Origin: an uncultured Spirochaetota bacterium
GTDB taxonomy: Bacteria > Spirochaetota > Spirochaetia > SZUA-6 > Fen-1364
DNA length: 64,000 nucleotides
Direction: 5' to 3'
Assembly: GCA_963820525.1 (NCBI GenBank)
Contig: CAWGAA010000001.1
Coordinates: 2,304,001-2,368,000, forward strand
In this document: positions 49,058 to 58,949 of the stretch, piece by piece
Numbering within the stretch: the first letter of the stretch is position 1
Layout: each line of letters opens with the position of its first letter
Position numbers and translations under genes: made by a program
Notes under the pieces: model-generated
Databases searched by the model: none
Seen by the model: only the letters and a program-made list of their open reading frames with translations
Told to the model about the DNA's origin: nothing

Positions 49058-49540
49058 ATGGAACCGAAATGGATGAAGAGCTCGAGATTCGAAAGGATCG
49101 GGAATTTCACCCTCAAGGGGCCCCGAAGCGCCGTGTTTCCACTCCTCTGCCCGGTGCTCGAGTACCAGTGGCTTCCCGGCTGGAAGTGCACGATGGCGTA
49201 CTCCGATTCCGGCATTGCTGAAAAGGATGCAATCTTTCATACTGTGGAAATGCTGGGAAGAAAAACGGTGTGGACCGCGATCACCTACCAGCCGGACACG
49301 TTCATCGAATACCTGATCGTGAGCGGCCGGGCGGCGGTGGTCCGCCTGAGCATCGCCCTGGAAAGCGGAGAGGGCGGGACGACCGCGGTCACCTGGCGGA
49401 TGCTCTTCACCGCGACTTCAATGCTCGGCCGCATAGCGTTGAGCAGAGCCTTTTCGGAAGAGAGTTTCATGAAGATGATGAACAAACGCGAAAACGAGCT
49501 GAACCATTTCCTGGAAAAGGGGAAGATGATCGATGCATGA
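49058..49540 (+). CDS. Hypothetical protein, SRPBCC-like fold
   Basis: VFPLLCPVLEYQWLPGW motif and C-terminal helix. Confidence 0.7.
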   Translation: MEPKWMKSSRFERIGNFTLKGPRSAVFPLLCPVLEYQWLPGWKCTMAYSDSGIAEKDAIFHTVEMLGRKTVWTAITYQPDTFIEYLIVSGRAAVVRLSIALESGEGGTTAVTWRMLFTATSMLGRIALSRAFSEESFMKMMNKRENELNHFLEKGKMIDA

Positions 49541-49570
49541 GCGCCAGCTTCTGGCGGAAGGATTGATCAC

Positions 49571-49773
49571 ATGGAAATCAGAAAGGCACGCCAAGCCGAC
49601 GCGGGAAAAATCTCGGACCTTCTTGGCCAGCTCGGGTATCCCCAAACCCAGGGCTTCATCTCGGAGAAGATCGCGCAGCTCTCCGCCCGATAAGCTATCT
49701 TTGCGTCGATGAGTCCGCCAGGGGCAATGGCGTCGGCCGAGAGCTGGAGTCGTTCTGCGCCCCGCGGCTCTGA
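49571..49773 (+). pseudogene. GNAT acetyltransferase pseudogene (internal deletion and frameshift)
   Basis: MEIRKARQADAGKISDLLGQLGYP..., then in another frame ISYLCVDESARGNGVGREL (acetyl-CoA motif A). Confidence 0.75.
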
Positions 49774-49788
49774 TCAAACACAGACGGG

Positions 49789-49818
49789 AAGAACACCCCG
49801 CTTTCGCGGGGTGTTCTT
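49789..49818. terminator. 13-bp hairpin terminator, probably bidirectional
   Basis: aagaacaccccgc-tttc-gcggggtgttctt. Confidence 0.75.
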
Positions 49819-49831
49819 ATGCCGGCACAGT

Positions 49832-50851
49832 TCAGAATGCAAAGGTGTAGGAAACCTTCAGCTGAGGTTCGAAGAATGGTGCGACGTTCTTGTCGTTTGC
49901 ATCCGATGCCGCATTTGAGTCGATCTTGTTGCACTTGAAATCGCCCTCCAGGTAGAGACCGCCGATCTTGTAGCTGACTCCCGGCGCGATCCACGTGTCG
50001 TGCCAGGGGGCGGCGGAGGTGTACTTCGTTGCAGTGGTGTAGGTGGAAACGCGGCTTGAGACGAATGCCCTCAGGCCGGTAACCCCTATGCCGCCGAAGT
50101 CGAAGCTCAGCTTGGGCTCGATGTAGAGGTAGAGGTCATCGGAGCCGTTTGCACCGCCGTTGGCGTAGTTGTCGTTGAAACAGAATGCGGCCTTGGCGTC
50201 CAGCTGCGCGGGTCCATAGACAAAGCTGAGCTGGGGCTTGACGTCGAAGAGGGTGAGAACGGGGGTGAAGCCGGTGTCGGCTTCGGCGCCCACCGTCAGG
50301 GCGGTGATGGTATCGAAGGCGAATTTGTAGCTCAGCTTCGCGTAGTTGGTGACCCAGAAGCTCTGGGTGTAGTCGGGGGTAGGAGAGTTGTTGAAGTAGC
50401 CATAGCTGTAGGGCTTGTAGGCATATTTCAGCTCATTGATGCCGCTTGCGTCTTGCGGAGAGAAAAACACGAGCGGGAAGCTCACCTTCGCATCCAAGCC
50501 GCCCGCCAACAGCTCGACCGAGGGCTCCACCTTGCCCGCCATCTGGAACTCGTAAGGGGCCGTAGCGCCTTGGTAGAGGCCGATCCAATCCTCGGCGTAC
50601 AAGCCATACTTCAGCGAAAATGAATCCATCTTTTGCGTGAGCGTGTAGCTCACGTAGGGCTGGACGTTCGGGGCATACTTGTCGGTCTGGTTGCCGTTCG
50701 CGGTAAAGCCGTTCCGGCCGTCCGCGTAGACGCGGGTCACGTCCGTCAAGTAGCCGCCAGTCCCGACCTCCAGCGAAGACTGGGCTGAGATCGAGGCTGC
50801 AGCGGCGGCTATGAACAAAAGGACAAGGAACATTGGCTTTGAGCTTCTCAT
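49832..50851 (-). CDS. Predicted outer-membrane beta-barrel (porin-like) protein
   Basis: Signal peptide, alternating amphipathic strands, C-terminal KVSYTFAF. Confidence 0.75.
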   Translation of the reverse strand: MRSSKPMFLVLLFIAAAAASISAQSSLEVGTGGYLTDVTRVYADGRNGFTANGNQTDKYAPNVQPYVSYTLTQKMDSFSLKYGLYAEDWIGLYQGATAPYEFQMAGKVEPSVELLAGGLDAKVSFPLVFFSPQDASGINELKYAYKPYSYGYFNNSPTPDYTQSFWVTNYAKLSYKFAFDTITALTVGAEADTGFTPVLTLFDVKPQLSFVYGPAQLDAKAAFCFNDNYANGGANGSDDLYLYIEPKLSFDFGGIGVTGLRAFVSSRVSTYTTATKYTSAAPWHDTWIAPGVSYKIGGLYLEGDFKCNKIDSNAASDANDKNVAPFFEPQLKVSYTFAF

Positions 50852-50910
50852 CTTGAACTCCTCCTGGCTTACCTGAAGCCGACAGCTTCATTTCTCTCGC
50901 CAGGAACGTT

Positions 50911-50959
50911 ATGTATTCTTTGTTAGAGGTCGATGAAGAGTCCATGAATTCTCGATGAA
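50911..50959 (-). promoter_or_regulatory. Pho-box-like array (5 units, 11-bp period)
   Basis: Minus strand TTCAT-N6-TTCAT-N6-TTCAT-N6-CTAAC-N6-TACAT. Confidence 0.75.
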
Positions 50960-51026
50960 GTTGCGCCCTCGCGGACCGCTCGTGCTCACTCTCCCCAGCC
51001 ACGGGTTGCGGGCCCGCCGGCCGCGC

Positions 51027-51695
51027 TCATCCCTTGAGTTCCCCCTCTTCCTTGTGGTGCTTGATCACCCTGCCTTCCACCATGTAGATGACGTCCTCGC
51101 AGATGTTGGTGGACAGGTCCGCGATGCGCTCGAGGTTGCCGGCGATCCGAAGGAGCGACAGCCCCTGGAGGATCGTGGAAGGGTCGCTTGCCATGGAAGA
51201 AATGAGCTCCGTGAGGGTCTCCGTGGCCAGATCGTCCACGATGCTGTCGTCCGCGCAGACCTTCTGCGCGAGACCCGCCTGTTCGCCGATGTAGGCCTGG
51301 ATGCTCTGGTCGACCATCCGGATAGTTTCCCCGGCCATACGTGGTATGGTAGCCAGCGGCCGCGGGGTGGGACCTTCCAGCAGGCTGAGCCCCGCCTGTG
51401 CGATGTTCACCGCGTGATCTCCCATGCGCTCCAGGTCATTTGTGATGCCGAGCGCCATGATCACCGTCCGCAGGTCCTTGGCCCTGGGCTGGTACTGGGC
51501 GATGAGGACGGTGCACTCCTCCTCGAGCTCGATCTCGAGCTCGTTCACGCGCTTTTCGCTTTCGTCGATAATCCGGCGGAGCGCATCGGCCTTCCCATCC
51601 TGGAAAGCCCTGACGGCTCCCTCCATCATCTCCTCCACCAGCCGCGCGTACATGACCAGCCGCGACTTCAGGGCATCTATCTGTTGGCGAAGCAT
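51027..51695 (-). CDS. phoU: Phosphate signalling protein PhoU
   Basis: Own [35 protein letters not shown]. Confidence 0.95.
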   Translation of the reverse strand: MLRQQIDALKSRLVMYARLVEEMMEGAVRAFQDGKADALRRIIDESEKRVNELEIELEEECTVLIAQYQPRAKDLRTVIMALGITNDLERMGDHAVNIAQAGLSLLEGPTPRPLATIPRMAGETIRMVDQSIQAYIGEQAGLAQKVCADDSIVDDLATETLTELISSMASDPSTILQGLSLLRIAGNLERIADLSTNICEDVIYMVEGRVIKHHKEEGELKG

Positions 51696-51703
51696 CACGT
51701 CTC

Positions 51704-52484
51704 CTATCCGAATTTCCCCGCGAGGTATTCTTCGGTGCGCTTGTCCTTCGGCACGGTGAAAAGCCTGCTCGTCGGGCCGAACTCCACGAGCTTCTCCCAG
51801 GTGGATGAACGCCGTGAAGTCCGAAATCCGCGCCGCCTGCGGCATATTGTGCGTGACCTGGACAATCGTCACCGCTTCCTTGAGGGAAACGATCAGCTCT
51901 TCTATGGCGGCGGTCGCCTTGGGATCGAGGGCCGACGTCGGCTCGTCGAGGAGGAGGATCTCGGGATTCATGGCGAGCGCCCGGGCGATGCACAACCGCT
52001 GCTGCTGGCCTCCGGAGAGGAAGGTCCCCCGACGGTAGAGAGCGTCCTTCACCTCGTTCCACAGCGTCACACGGCGCAGCGTTTCCTCCACCACGCGGTC
52101 GCGCTCAGCTTTCGACATGCGGGCGCCGTTCAGGGTAAAGCCCGCGATCACGTTGTCATAGATGCTCATGGTTGGGAAAGGATTGGGCCTCTGGAAGACC
52201 ATTCCGATGCGCCTTCGAAGCTGTATCGGGTTGAGCTGGTACACGTCCTCGTCGTCCAGAAGGACCCTGCCGCTCACGTGGGCGTTGGGAGCGAGCTCGT
52301 GCATGCGGTTGATGCAGCGCATGAAGGTGGTCTTTCCGCACCCCGAGGGGCCCATGATGGCGGTGATGCGCCTCGCCGGGATGGAGAGACTGACCTCTTT
52401 CACGACATCCTTCCCGTCGAAGCCGGCCGTGAGGTTTTCCGTCTTCACAATGGCGTACTCCGCGGTCAGAACTGGATCTTCCAT
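51704..52484 (-). CDS. pstB: PstB with one extra base near the 3' end (error or pseudogene)
   Basis: [23 protein letters not shown]. After FIHLG the canonical tail [28 protein letters not shown] is in another frame. Confidence 0.9.
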
Positions 52485-53317
52485 CTCGATGTCACCAGCT
52501 TTGTCACGAGGTTCAAGACGAGAATAAGAACGAGCAGGACGAACGAAGCGCCCCAGGCAAGAGACTGCCACTCGGGGTACGGGCTCGTAGCGTAGTAGAA
52601 TATAATCTGCGGCAGGGAGCTCATGGGCCCCAGAACGTTCACGGTCATGAAGGGACTTCCGAAAGCCGTGAAAAGGAGGGGGGCGGTCTCTCCGGCGCCC
52701 CGCGCCACGGCGAGGAGCGTCCCGGTGACAATCCCGCTTGCCCCGGCCGGGAGGATCACCTTGAGCACGGTTCGGGGATACGAGACTCCGAGAGCCAGGG
52801 ACGCTTCCCTGAGGCTCACGGGGATCATGCGGAGGGTTTCCTCGGTGGCCAGCGTGATGACGGGGAGCATGATCATCGAAAGGGCGATCCCGCCTGAAAG
52901 GGCCGAAAAATGACCCATCGGCTTTACCACCCACACATACGCCACGATGCCGAGCACGATGGAGGGGATTCCCATCAGGGTCTCCACGGAGACTCTCGTA
53001 ATCGAGCCAAGACGGGACCTGCCGCTCTCCGACAGGAATATGCCGGCAGTCAGTCCCAGGGGAATCGAGATGACGGAGGCGATGACGATGAGGAGAGCGC
53101 TCCCCACGATCGCATTGGATATTCCACCCCCCGTCTCCCCTATAGGCTTGGGAAGCTCCGTGAGGAACGCCCAGTTGATGGAGGAGGCTCCCCTCGCGAT
53201 GATGAAGGCGAGAATCAGGATGAGCGGCAGCGTCGCTATGAGCGACAGCGCCAGCATGCCCCCCATGAACACCCTGTCTCTCCGGAGGCGTCCCGCTACT
53301 GCCGATTCCCTGATCAC
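52466..53317 (-). CDS. pstA: Phosphate ABC permease PstA
   Basis: [21 protein letters not shown]. Confidence 0.96.
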   Translation of the reverse strand: MIRESAVAGRLRRDRVFMGGMLALSLIATLPLILILAFIIARGASSINWAFLTELPKPIGETGGGISNAIVGSALLIVIASVISIPLGLTAGIFLSESGRSRLGSITRVSVETLMGIPSIVLGIVAYVWVVKPMGHFSALSGGIALSMIMLPVITLATEETLRMIPVSLREASLALGVSYPRTVLKVILPAGASGIVTGTLLAVARGAGETAPLLFTAFGSPFMTVNVLGPMSSLPQIIFYYATSPYPEWQSLAWGASFVLLVLILVLNLVTKLVTSRWKIQF

Positions 53318-54219
53318 GATGAGAAGGCCCCGCCCATCCGACTGATGACGAGCTTTCCGGCAATGTTGATCACGGTGCTGATGACGAACAACAGCAGCGC
53401 GACTTCAATGAGGCTGGCCAGATACACGTTGCCGGCAGCCTCCGAGAACTCATTTGCGATGAGGCTCGCCATTGTGTTCCCCGGCCCGAGAACGTTGAGC
53501 GTGAGCGAATTGGAGTTTCCTATCACCATTGTCACCGCCATCGTCTCACCCAGCGCCCTGCCCAGGGAGAGAAGGACGCCTCCGAGGATTCCCGAGCGAG
53601 CGTAGGGAAGTGACACCCTCCAGATCGTCTCGGATCGCGTGGCTCCCAACGACAGCGCCGCTTCTTTGAGGTCCTTCGGCACAAGGCTCATCATCTCCCT
53701 TCCGATCGAGGCGGAGTACGGGAGGATCATGAAGGCCAGAAGAATGGAGGCAGTGAGCATCCCGACGCCGAAAGGCGGTGCTCCCACGGCCAACTGCAGC
53801 GCCCGAACCGCCGGAACGAGAAAAAAGAGGCCGATAAAGCCGTACACCACCGAGGGTATGCCGGCTAAAAGCTCAACCGCGGTCCTCATGAGCGATGCGA
53901 ACACCCCCGAGCTGAAATACTCTCCCATCAGAATGGACAGGGCCAGAGAGAGGACGGTGGCAAAGGCAAGCGCAACCGCGGAGGTGAGAATGGTCCCTAC
54001 GACGAAGGGCAGCGCGCCAAATGTTTTTGTAACGGGATCCCACTGCGTCCCCGTGAGAAAGCGAAGCCCATTGGCGACAAGGGCCGGCCGGGAGGAAAGA
54101 AAAAGAGAAAGGAAGATCGCGATAAGCAGAACGCTCACCACGATCCCCCCGAGATACAGGATCGAACGGAATGCGGAATCGGAAAGCCTGACTTTCCCCA
54201 TCGTAAAGGCTTTTTTCAA
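53314..54219 (-). CDS. pstC: Phosphate ABC permease PstC
   Basis: [28 protein letters not shown]. Confidence 0.96.
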   Translation of the reverse strand: MKKAFTMGKVRLSDSAFRSILYLGGIVVSVLLIAIFLSLFLSSRPALVANGLRFLTGTQWDPVTKTFGALPFVVGTILTSAVALAFATVLSLALSILMGEYFSSGVFASLMRTAVELLAGIPSVVYGFIGLFFLVPAVRALQLAVGAPPFGVGMLTASILLAFMILPYSASIGREMMSLVPKDLKEAALSLGATRSETIWRVSLPYARSGILGGVLLSLGRALGETMAVTMVIGNSNSLTLNVLGPGNTMASLIANEFSEAAGNVYLASLIEVALLLFVISTVINIAGKLVISRMGGAFSS

Positions 54220-54229
54220 TTCCGGCTAC

Positions 54230-55267
54230 TTACTTGAGGAGCGGTGTGCCGTTGTACACGATGGAGCGGATCACCGCTTCGGCCTTTCCCACCGCGCTCT
54301 TCGGAAGCGAGGCGTACGCGAGGGGCTCGGCGAGCTTCTGCCCGTCGTGGATCATCCACCAGAGAAGCTTCACGGTTTCCATGGCCTTCGCCTGCGGTCG
54401 ATTACCGTACGCCTGCTCCTTGTAGAGTATGATCCAGGTGAAGGAGGCGATGGGGTATCCGTTGGGGGCCGCCGTATCGGTCACGCTGACGCGCGTGTCG
54501 GCGGGAATGGCAACGTCGCACGCCACGCTGGTGGACTCCAATGACGGCTTGATGTAGTTGCCGCTTTTATTCTTGATGCTCGCGTACGGCATCGTATTCT
54601 GGAGGGCGTAGATGAGCTCCACGTACCCGGCGCTTCCGGGAAGCTGCTTCACCAGCCCTGCGACGCCGGGATTTCCTTTCGCTCCGACTCCCACGGGCCA
54701 CGAGAGCGAGGTCCCCGTTCCGACCTTCTGCTTCCAATCCGGCGATACCTTGCTCAGGTAGTCGCTGAAGACGGCCGTGGTGCCGCTGCCGTCGGAGCGG
54801 TGGACAACCGAAATGGCGAGCTGGGGCAGCTTGACCGAAGGATTCAGCGCGGCGATTCGCGGGTCCGACCACCGGCTGATCTTTCCCAGAAAGATGTCTG
54901 CCAAAACGTCGGAAGTCAGCTTGAGCTCGGGGTTTCCGGGCAGGTTGTACGTAAAGACCACCGCTCCCGCGACGGTGGGAACGTGCACGATGGGCGCAGG
55001 GAAGTCCTTCATCTGGTCATCGGTGACAAATGCGTCGCTTGCGCCGAAGTCCACGGTCTTGTTCTTGAGCTGGCTCTGGCCGCCGCCGGAGCCGATGGCC
55101 TGGTAGTTGATCTTCACGCCCGTGTTCGAGCCGTACTGGTCGAACATCTTCGTGTACACGGGGGCGGGGAATGTGGCGCCGGCACCCACAAGCTCGGTCT
55201 CGGCAAAGCCGAATCCGGCCACGGTAAACAGGGCGGCGGCGACTGCAAGAACTCGAGAAACTCTCAT
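54230..55267 (-). CDS. pstS: Phosphate-binding protein PstS (E. coli type)
   Basis: GAGATFP, GSGGG, FGASD, HRSDGSGTT, YPIASFTW. Confidence 0.97.
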   Translation of the reverse strand: MRVSRVLAVAAALFTVAGFGFAETELVGAGATFPAPVYTKMFDQYGSNTGVKINYQAIGSGGGQSQLKNKTVDFGASDAFVTDDQMKDFPAPIVHVPTVAGAVVFTYNLPGNPELKLTSDVLADIFLGKISRWSDPRIAALNPSVKLPQLAISVVHRSDGSGTTAVFSDYLSKVSPDWKQKVGTGTSLSWPVGVGAKGNPGVAGLVKQLPGSAGYVELIYALQNTMPYASIKNKSGNYIKPSLESTSVACDVAIPADTRVSVTDTAAPNGYPIASFTWIILYKEQAYGNRPQAKAMETVKLLWWMIHDGQKLAEPLAYASLPKSAVGKAEAVIRSIVYNGTPLLK

Positions 55268-55307
55268 TGATTGCCTCCTTGGCTTGGGAAGAACTTCGCC
55301 ATCCCCT

Positions 55308-55345
55308 GTTAATGAGCTATGAAAGATTTGTTAGTATTGCGTTAA
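55308..55345 (-). promoter_or_regulatory. Pho-box-like array (4 units, 11-bp period)
   Basis: Minus strand TTAAC-N6-CTAAC-N6-TTCAT-N6-TTAAC, upstream of pstS. Confidence 0.8.
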
Positions 55346-55348
55346 TTC

Positions 55349-57079
55349 TCACTCTTGCACGGGAAGCCTCACCACGAACCGTGTGCCCGTCCCCACCGTG
55401 CTTTCCACGGCGATCGTCCCCCCGTGAAGCTGCACGATGTGCTTGACGATGGCAAGCCCGAGGCCCGTGCCCCCCATCTTTCGCGAGCGGGACTTGTCCA
55501 CAACGTAGAAGCGCTCGAAGATCCGCGACAGATGCTCCTCGGGAATCCCGATTCCGGTATCGGACACGACGATCCGCAGCCAGCGGCCGTCGAGGCCGCA
55601 GGAGATCTCGATCCCGCCGCTCTCGGTGTATTTCAGCGCGTTGTCGACAAGGTTCACCACGAGCTGCTCCAGGAGGTACGGATCCGCCGTGAGAGGCGGC
55701 AGCCCCTCCGCCGCGGAGAGGCGCAGGGCAAGCCCTTTCGCGTCCGCCCGGCCGGAAAACAGCTCCACGGCATCCGAAAGGATCCGGGACATGTCGACGC
55801 TCTCGATCGAAAGCTCGACCCCTTTTGCCTCCAGGCGGGAGAGCCGCAGAAGATCTTCCACAATAGCCGTCATGCGCTCGGTATTGCGCCTCACCACTCC
55901 CACCCACCGTCTCTGCTCGCCCTCCACCTCGCTTTCCAGGAGCTCGAGGAACCCCTGGATCGCGGTAAGAGGGGTGCGAAGCTCGTGGGAGGCGTTCACC
56001 ACGAAGTCCCGTTTCACCTCCTCCAGCCGCTTCACATCGGTGGTGTCCTGAAGGACAGTTATCAGGTTATCCCCCGCGGCAACCCGTGCTATGCTGCACA
56101 GGACCGTCTTGTCCCCGATGACCATCTCTTCGGCGGGCTGCGGGCCGGTTTGCCGCACCTTTTCAACCAGATCCATCAAAGGCAAGGTATGGACCACTTC
56201 CCAGAGGGCTTTCCCCTCGACGCGAGGCTGTCCGACGATTTCCTCGAAGCCGCGGTTTGCCCGGAGAATCCTGCCGTTGCCGTCCAGGAGGACTATCCCC
56301 TGCGCCACCGAAGAGAATACCCCGTCCAGCTCTTCGGTTCGGCGGGATACCTCGCTGAAAAGCACCTGGACCCGCTCGGCCATCGAATTGAAGCTGTCGG
56401 CGAGATTCCTGATCTCATCCCGACGTTTGAGGTGGAGCCGGGCGCCGAAATCTCCCGCCGTGAAGCGCCGCACAACCTGCGTAAGGTCGCGAAGAGGCGC
56501 AAGCAGCCATCGGGAAAGCAGAAGCGCGGATCCCGCGCAGAGGAGAAACACGATCGCGGCGAACAGGAGCACCGAGTTTCGAAGTGCCCGCTCGGTCTGG
56601 GAAAGCTCCGCACCGGGGAAGGCCGCCCGAACCACTCCGCCGGAGAGCGCTCCCTGCTGGATTGGCACGGCGACATAGACCAGCTGACGCTTGATGGTGC
56701 TGCTGAACCGTTGGGCAACCCCGGTGCGTCCCCCCAGCGCCGATGCCACCTCGGGCCTCTGCGCGTGATTCTCCATCTGCGAAGGATCCTGGTCCGAGTC
56801 GACCAACACGACTCCCCGCGGATCGATCACGGTCAGGCGAACCCCCGTTTGCCGTGCCATACGCGTGATATCACGAGACAAGCTTGCGGAGCCCGCGCCC
56901 TCTCCCGAGAAGTCGATGACGGCTCGAACGAGCTCCGCCGCCCTTTCCAGGCCGCGCGTCAGCTCCGCCAGGGTAGCGCCCTGCACGGCTCTCACCGTGT
57001 AGAAGGTGAAAACAGCGACCGCCATAACGGCGGTGAAAACCGCGGCGGCGAAGATCTTGAGAAAAAGCCTGGTTTTCAT
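55349..57079 (-). CDS. phoR: Sensor histidine kinase PhoR (Cache/HAMP/PAS/HisKA/HATPase)
   Basis: ENHAQRPEV, HAMP DEI, FVVNASHELRTP, NALKY, FERFYVVDKSRSR..GGTGLGL. Confidence 0.93.
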   Translation of the reverse strand: MKTRLFLKIFAAAVFTAVMAVAVFTFYTVRAVQGATLAELTRGLERAAELVRAVIDFSGEGAGSASLSRDITRMARQTGVRLTVIDPRGVVLVDSDQDPSQMENHAQRPEVASALGGRTGVAQRFSSTIKRQLVYVAVPIQQGALSGGVVRAAFPGAELSQTERALRNSVLLFAAIVFLLCAGSALLLSRWLLAPLRDLTQVVRRFTAGDFGARLHLKRRDEIRNLADSFNSMAERVQVLFSEVSRRTEELDGVFSSVAQGIVLLDGNGRILRANRGFEEIVGQPRVEGKALWEVVHTLPLMDLVEKVRQTGPQPAEEMVIGDKTVLCSIARVAAGDNLITVLQDTTDVKRLEEVKRDFVVNASHELRTPLTAIQGFLELLESEVEGEQRRWVGVVRRNTERMTAIVEDLLRLSRLEAKGVELSIESVDMSRILSDAVELFSGRADAKGLALRLSAAEGLPPLTADPYLLEQLVVNLVDNALKYTESGGIEISCGLDGRWLRIVVSDTGIGIPEEHLSRIFERFYVVDKSRSRKMGGTGLGLAIVKHIVQLHGGTIAVESTVGTGTRFVVRLPVQE

Positions 57080-57765
57080 TCCACCAGCTTGTAGCCCATG
57101 CCCCTCACGTTGCGGATATGGCGTCCGGCGGGTCCCAGCTTGTCCCTGAGGTGCTTGATATGCACGTCGACGCTTCTGTCCGTCACGGTCTTCTCGTCTC
57201 CCCACAGGTGATCGAGTATCCGGTCCCGGGGGAAAACCCAGCCAATCCTGGAAGACAGGAGCTGGATGATCTTGAACTCCGTGGCGGTGAGGTCGAGCTT
57301 GCGCCCTTCCACGCTCACCTCGACCGTGCTGAGGTCGATGGCAAGGTCCGCTCCGACCTCCACCCTTTTCTGTTTCTCCGATATTGCCGTGGCCCTTCGA
57401 AGCACGGCCTTCACGCGCGCCACAAGCTCCTTGGGAGAGAAAGGCTTCACGAGGTAGTCGTCGGCGCCCAGCTCCAGCCCCGCCACCCTGTCCGCCTCTT
57501 CCGCCCGCGCCGTGAGCATGATTATGAAAAGCGATGAGAGGCGCTCATCGCGTTTCAGCTGCCGACAAATCTCGAACCCATCGACGTCGGGCAGCATGAG
57601 ATCGAGCACCACCAGGGCGGGCATCTCTTTCGAGAGCGAGCCGAGAAAGCTTTTGCCGTCCGGGAAATCGCGGACACGGAAGCGCTCCTTGCGCAGGCTC
57701 ATCGTCACGAGGTTGAGGATATCCTGTTCGTCTTCCACCACTGCAATGATCTCGTTCATCGGCAT
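57076..57765 (-). CDS. phoB: OmpR-family response regulator PhoB/PhoP
   Basis: LDLMLP, GADDYLVKPF, RSVDVHI, VRGMGY. Lies upstream of phoR-pst. Confidence 0.9.
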   Translation of the reverse strand: MPMNEIIAVVEDEQDILNLVTMSLRKERFRVRDFPDGKSFLGSLSKEMPALVVLDLMLPDVDGFEICRQLKRDERLSSLFIIMLTARAEEADRVAGLELGADDYLVKPFSPKELVARVKAVLRRATAISEKQKRVEVGADLAIDLSTVEVSVEGRKLDLTATEFKIIQLLSSRIGWVFPRDRILDHLWGDEKTVTDRSVDVHIKHLRDKLGPAGRHIRNVRGMGYKLVE

Positions 57766-57851
57766 CCAATATAGCCCGACCGCCAGCGGCAGGCAATCGA
57801 TTGCCGAGGCCGGTGAGCGCCCGCGGGGCGCCTCATCATGGATGAAATGAT

Positions 57852-57889
57852 GTTAGGATTTCGTTAGCGTGGTATGAATATTCGGTTAT
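57852..57889 (-). promoter_or_regulatory. Pho-box-like array (4 units, 11-bp period)
   Basis: Minus strand ATAAC-N6-TTCAT-N6-CTAAC-N6-CTAAC, upstream of phoB. Confidence 0.75.
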
Positions 57890-57899
57890 TTGCTTCACT

Positions 57900-58949
57900 T
57901 TAGTGGATCGTCACATCCACGTTGTAGTTTGGCATGAGAAAGCCGTCCCTCTTCTTCAATGAAATCTCTACGGGGATGACGGTCTCTCCATTCACCTTGA
58001 CGGCAAGGCTTGAGATCCGCACCACGGAGCCGCCGTAGCTCCTCGCGTTATCGGCCGTGGGAACCACCTCAGCCGCGCTTCCCAGGTGAACGTCCTTGAT
58101 GAACTCCTCCGGGACATTGGCCTCCACCACGATGCTGTCCAGATCCATGAGACTGCACATCTTGCGGTCCTTCGAGACGGAGTCTCCCGCAGCGTATCCG
58201 ATGTCGGAGACGATTCCGTCCGTCACATCGCATACCACGGCGTTTCCCGAGATATAGCTTCTGCTCGACTTTTCCTCGAGCTGCCGAAGCTCGCCCTCAA
58301 GGAGCGCGATCCGCGCCCTCTGCATCTCCAGGCTGTTGAGCTCGCCGCCGGAGCATTCGGCAAGGGATCTCCCGACGCGGCTCTCCTCTTGCTGTGCGCT
58401 CTGCAGCTTCTTTCTCTCCTCCTCGATCTGTTCCTGGGATGCGCCGCCCGTGGAGTACAGCTTCTCCTTGGCCGCCACGTCCTTGGCCGCCTTTTCAACG
58501 TCGGACTGGGCGACGCGGAGGTCTTCCTGGAGCTTCTCCATCTCCAGCTCGGTCTTCTTCAGCTCGAACTTCGCGCTGGAAAGCTCGAAGCCCTTGGAGC
58601 GAAGCGTCGCGTCGTAGTCGGCCGAGGAGAAACGGAAAAGGACGTTTCCCGCCTTCACCCTCTGGCCTTCGGAGACGACTTTTTTCTCCACTAGTGCCGG
58701 GAAATCCAGCGTGATGCTCTTGATCTTCTTCGCTTTGACGATCCCGAAAGCTTCAATATTACTGGCTTCCCGAGGCGCGGGATTTCCCCCCTGAGGATCC
58801 GCGGCCTGGGCTTCGGTGGAATCCGAACGCTGCGTCGCGGCCGATGCCTTGGCGTCGGCCGGCCCCTTCTTCTTCGAACAGCCTTCGATAAGAATGGCCG
58901 CGGACAGCGCGGCAACGACAATACAAAGAAACAAACCGGCGCGTTTCAC
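57900..58949 (-). CDS. HlyD/MacA-family periplasmic adaptor
   Basis: Lipobox-like IEGC, lipoyl half-motif VSEGQRVKAG, coiled coil, VEANVPEEFI. Confidence 0.9.
   Translation of the reverse strand: MKRAGLFLCIVVAALSAAILIEGCSKKKGPADAKASAATQRSDSTEAQAADPQGGNPAPREASNIEAFGIVKAKKIKSITLDFPALVEKKVVSEGQRVKAGNVLFRFSSADYDATLRSKGFELSSAKFELKKTELEMEKLQEDLRVAQSDVEKAAKDVAAKEKLYSTGGASQEQIEEERKKLQSAQQEESRVGRSLAECSGGELNSLEMQRARIALLEGELRQLEEKSSRSYISGNAVVCDVTDGIVSDIGYAAGDSVSKDRKMCSLMDLDSIVVEANVPEEFIKDVHLGSAAEVVPTADNARSYGGSVVRISSLAVKVNGETVIPVEISLKKRDGFLMPNYNVDVTIH

Noticed and set aside
52485..53363. N-terminal part of the 778-aa ORF 51027..53363
   Set aside because: It is an off-frame overlap of pstA. Only the pstB and phoU parts are real.
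50955..57094. Long plus-strand ORFs (546 aa, 579 aa and others)
   Set aside because: Antisense shadows of phoU, pstB and phoR with no motifs of their own.
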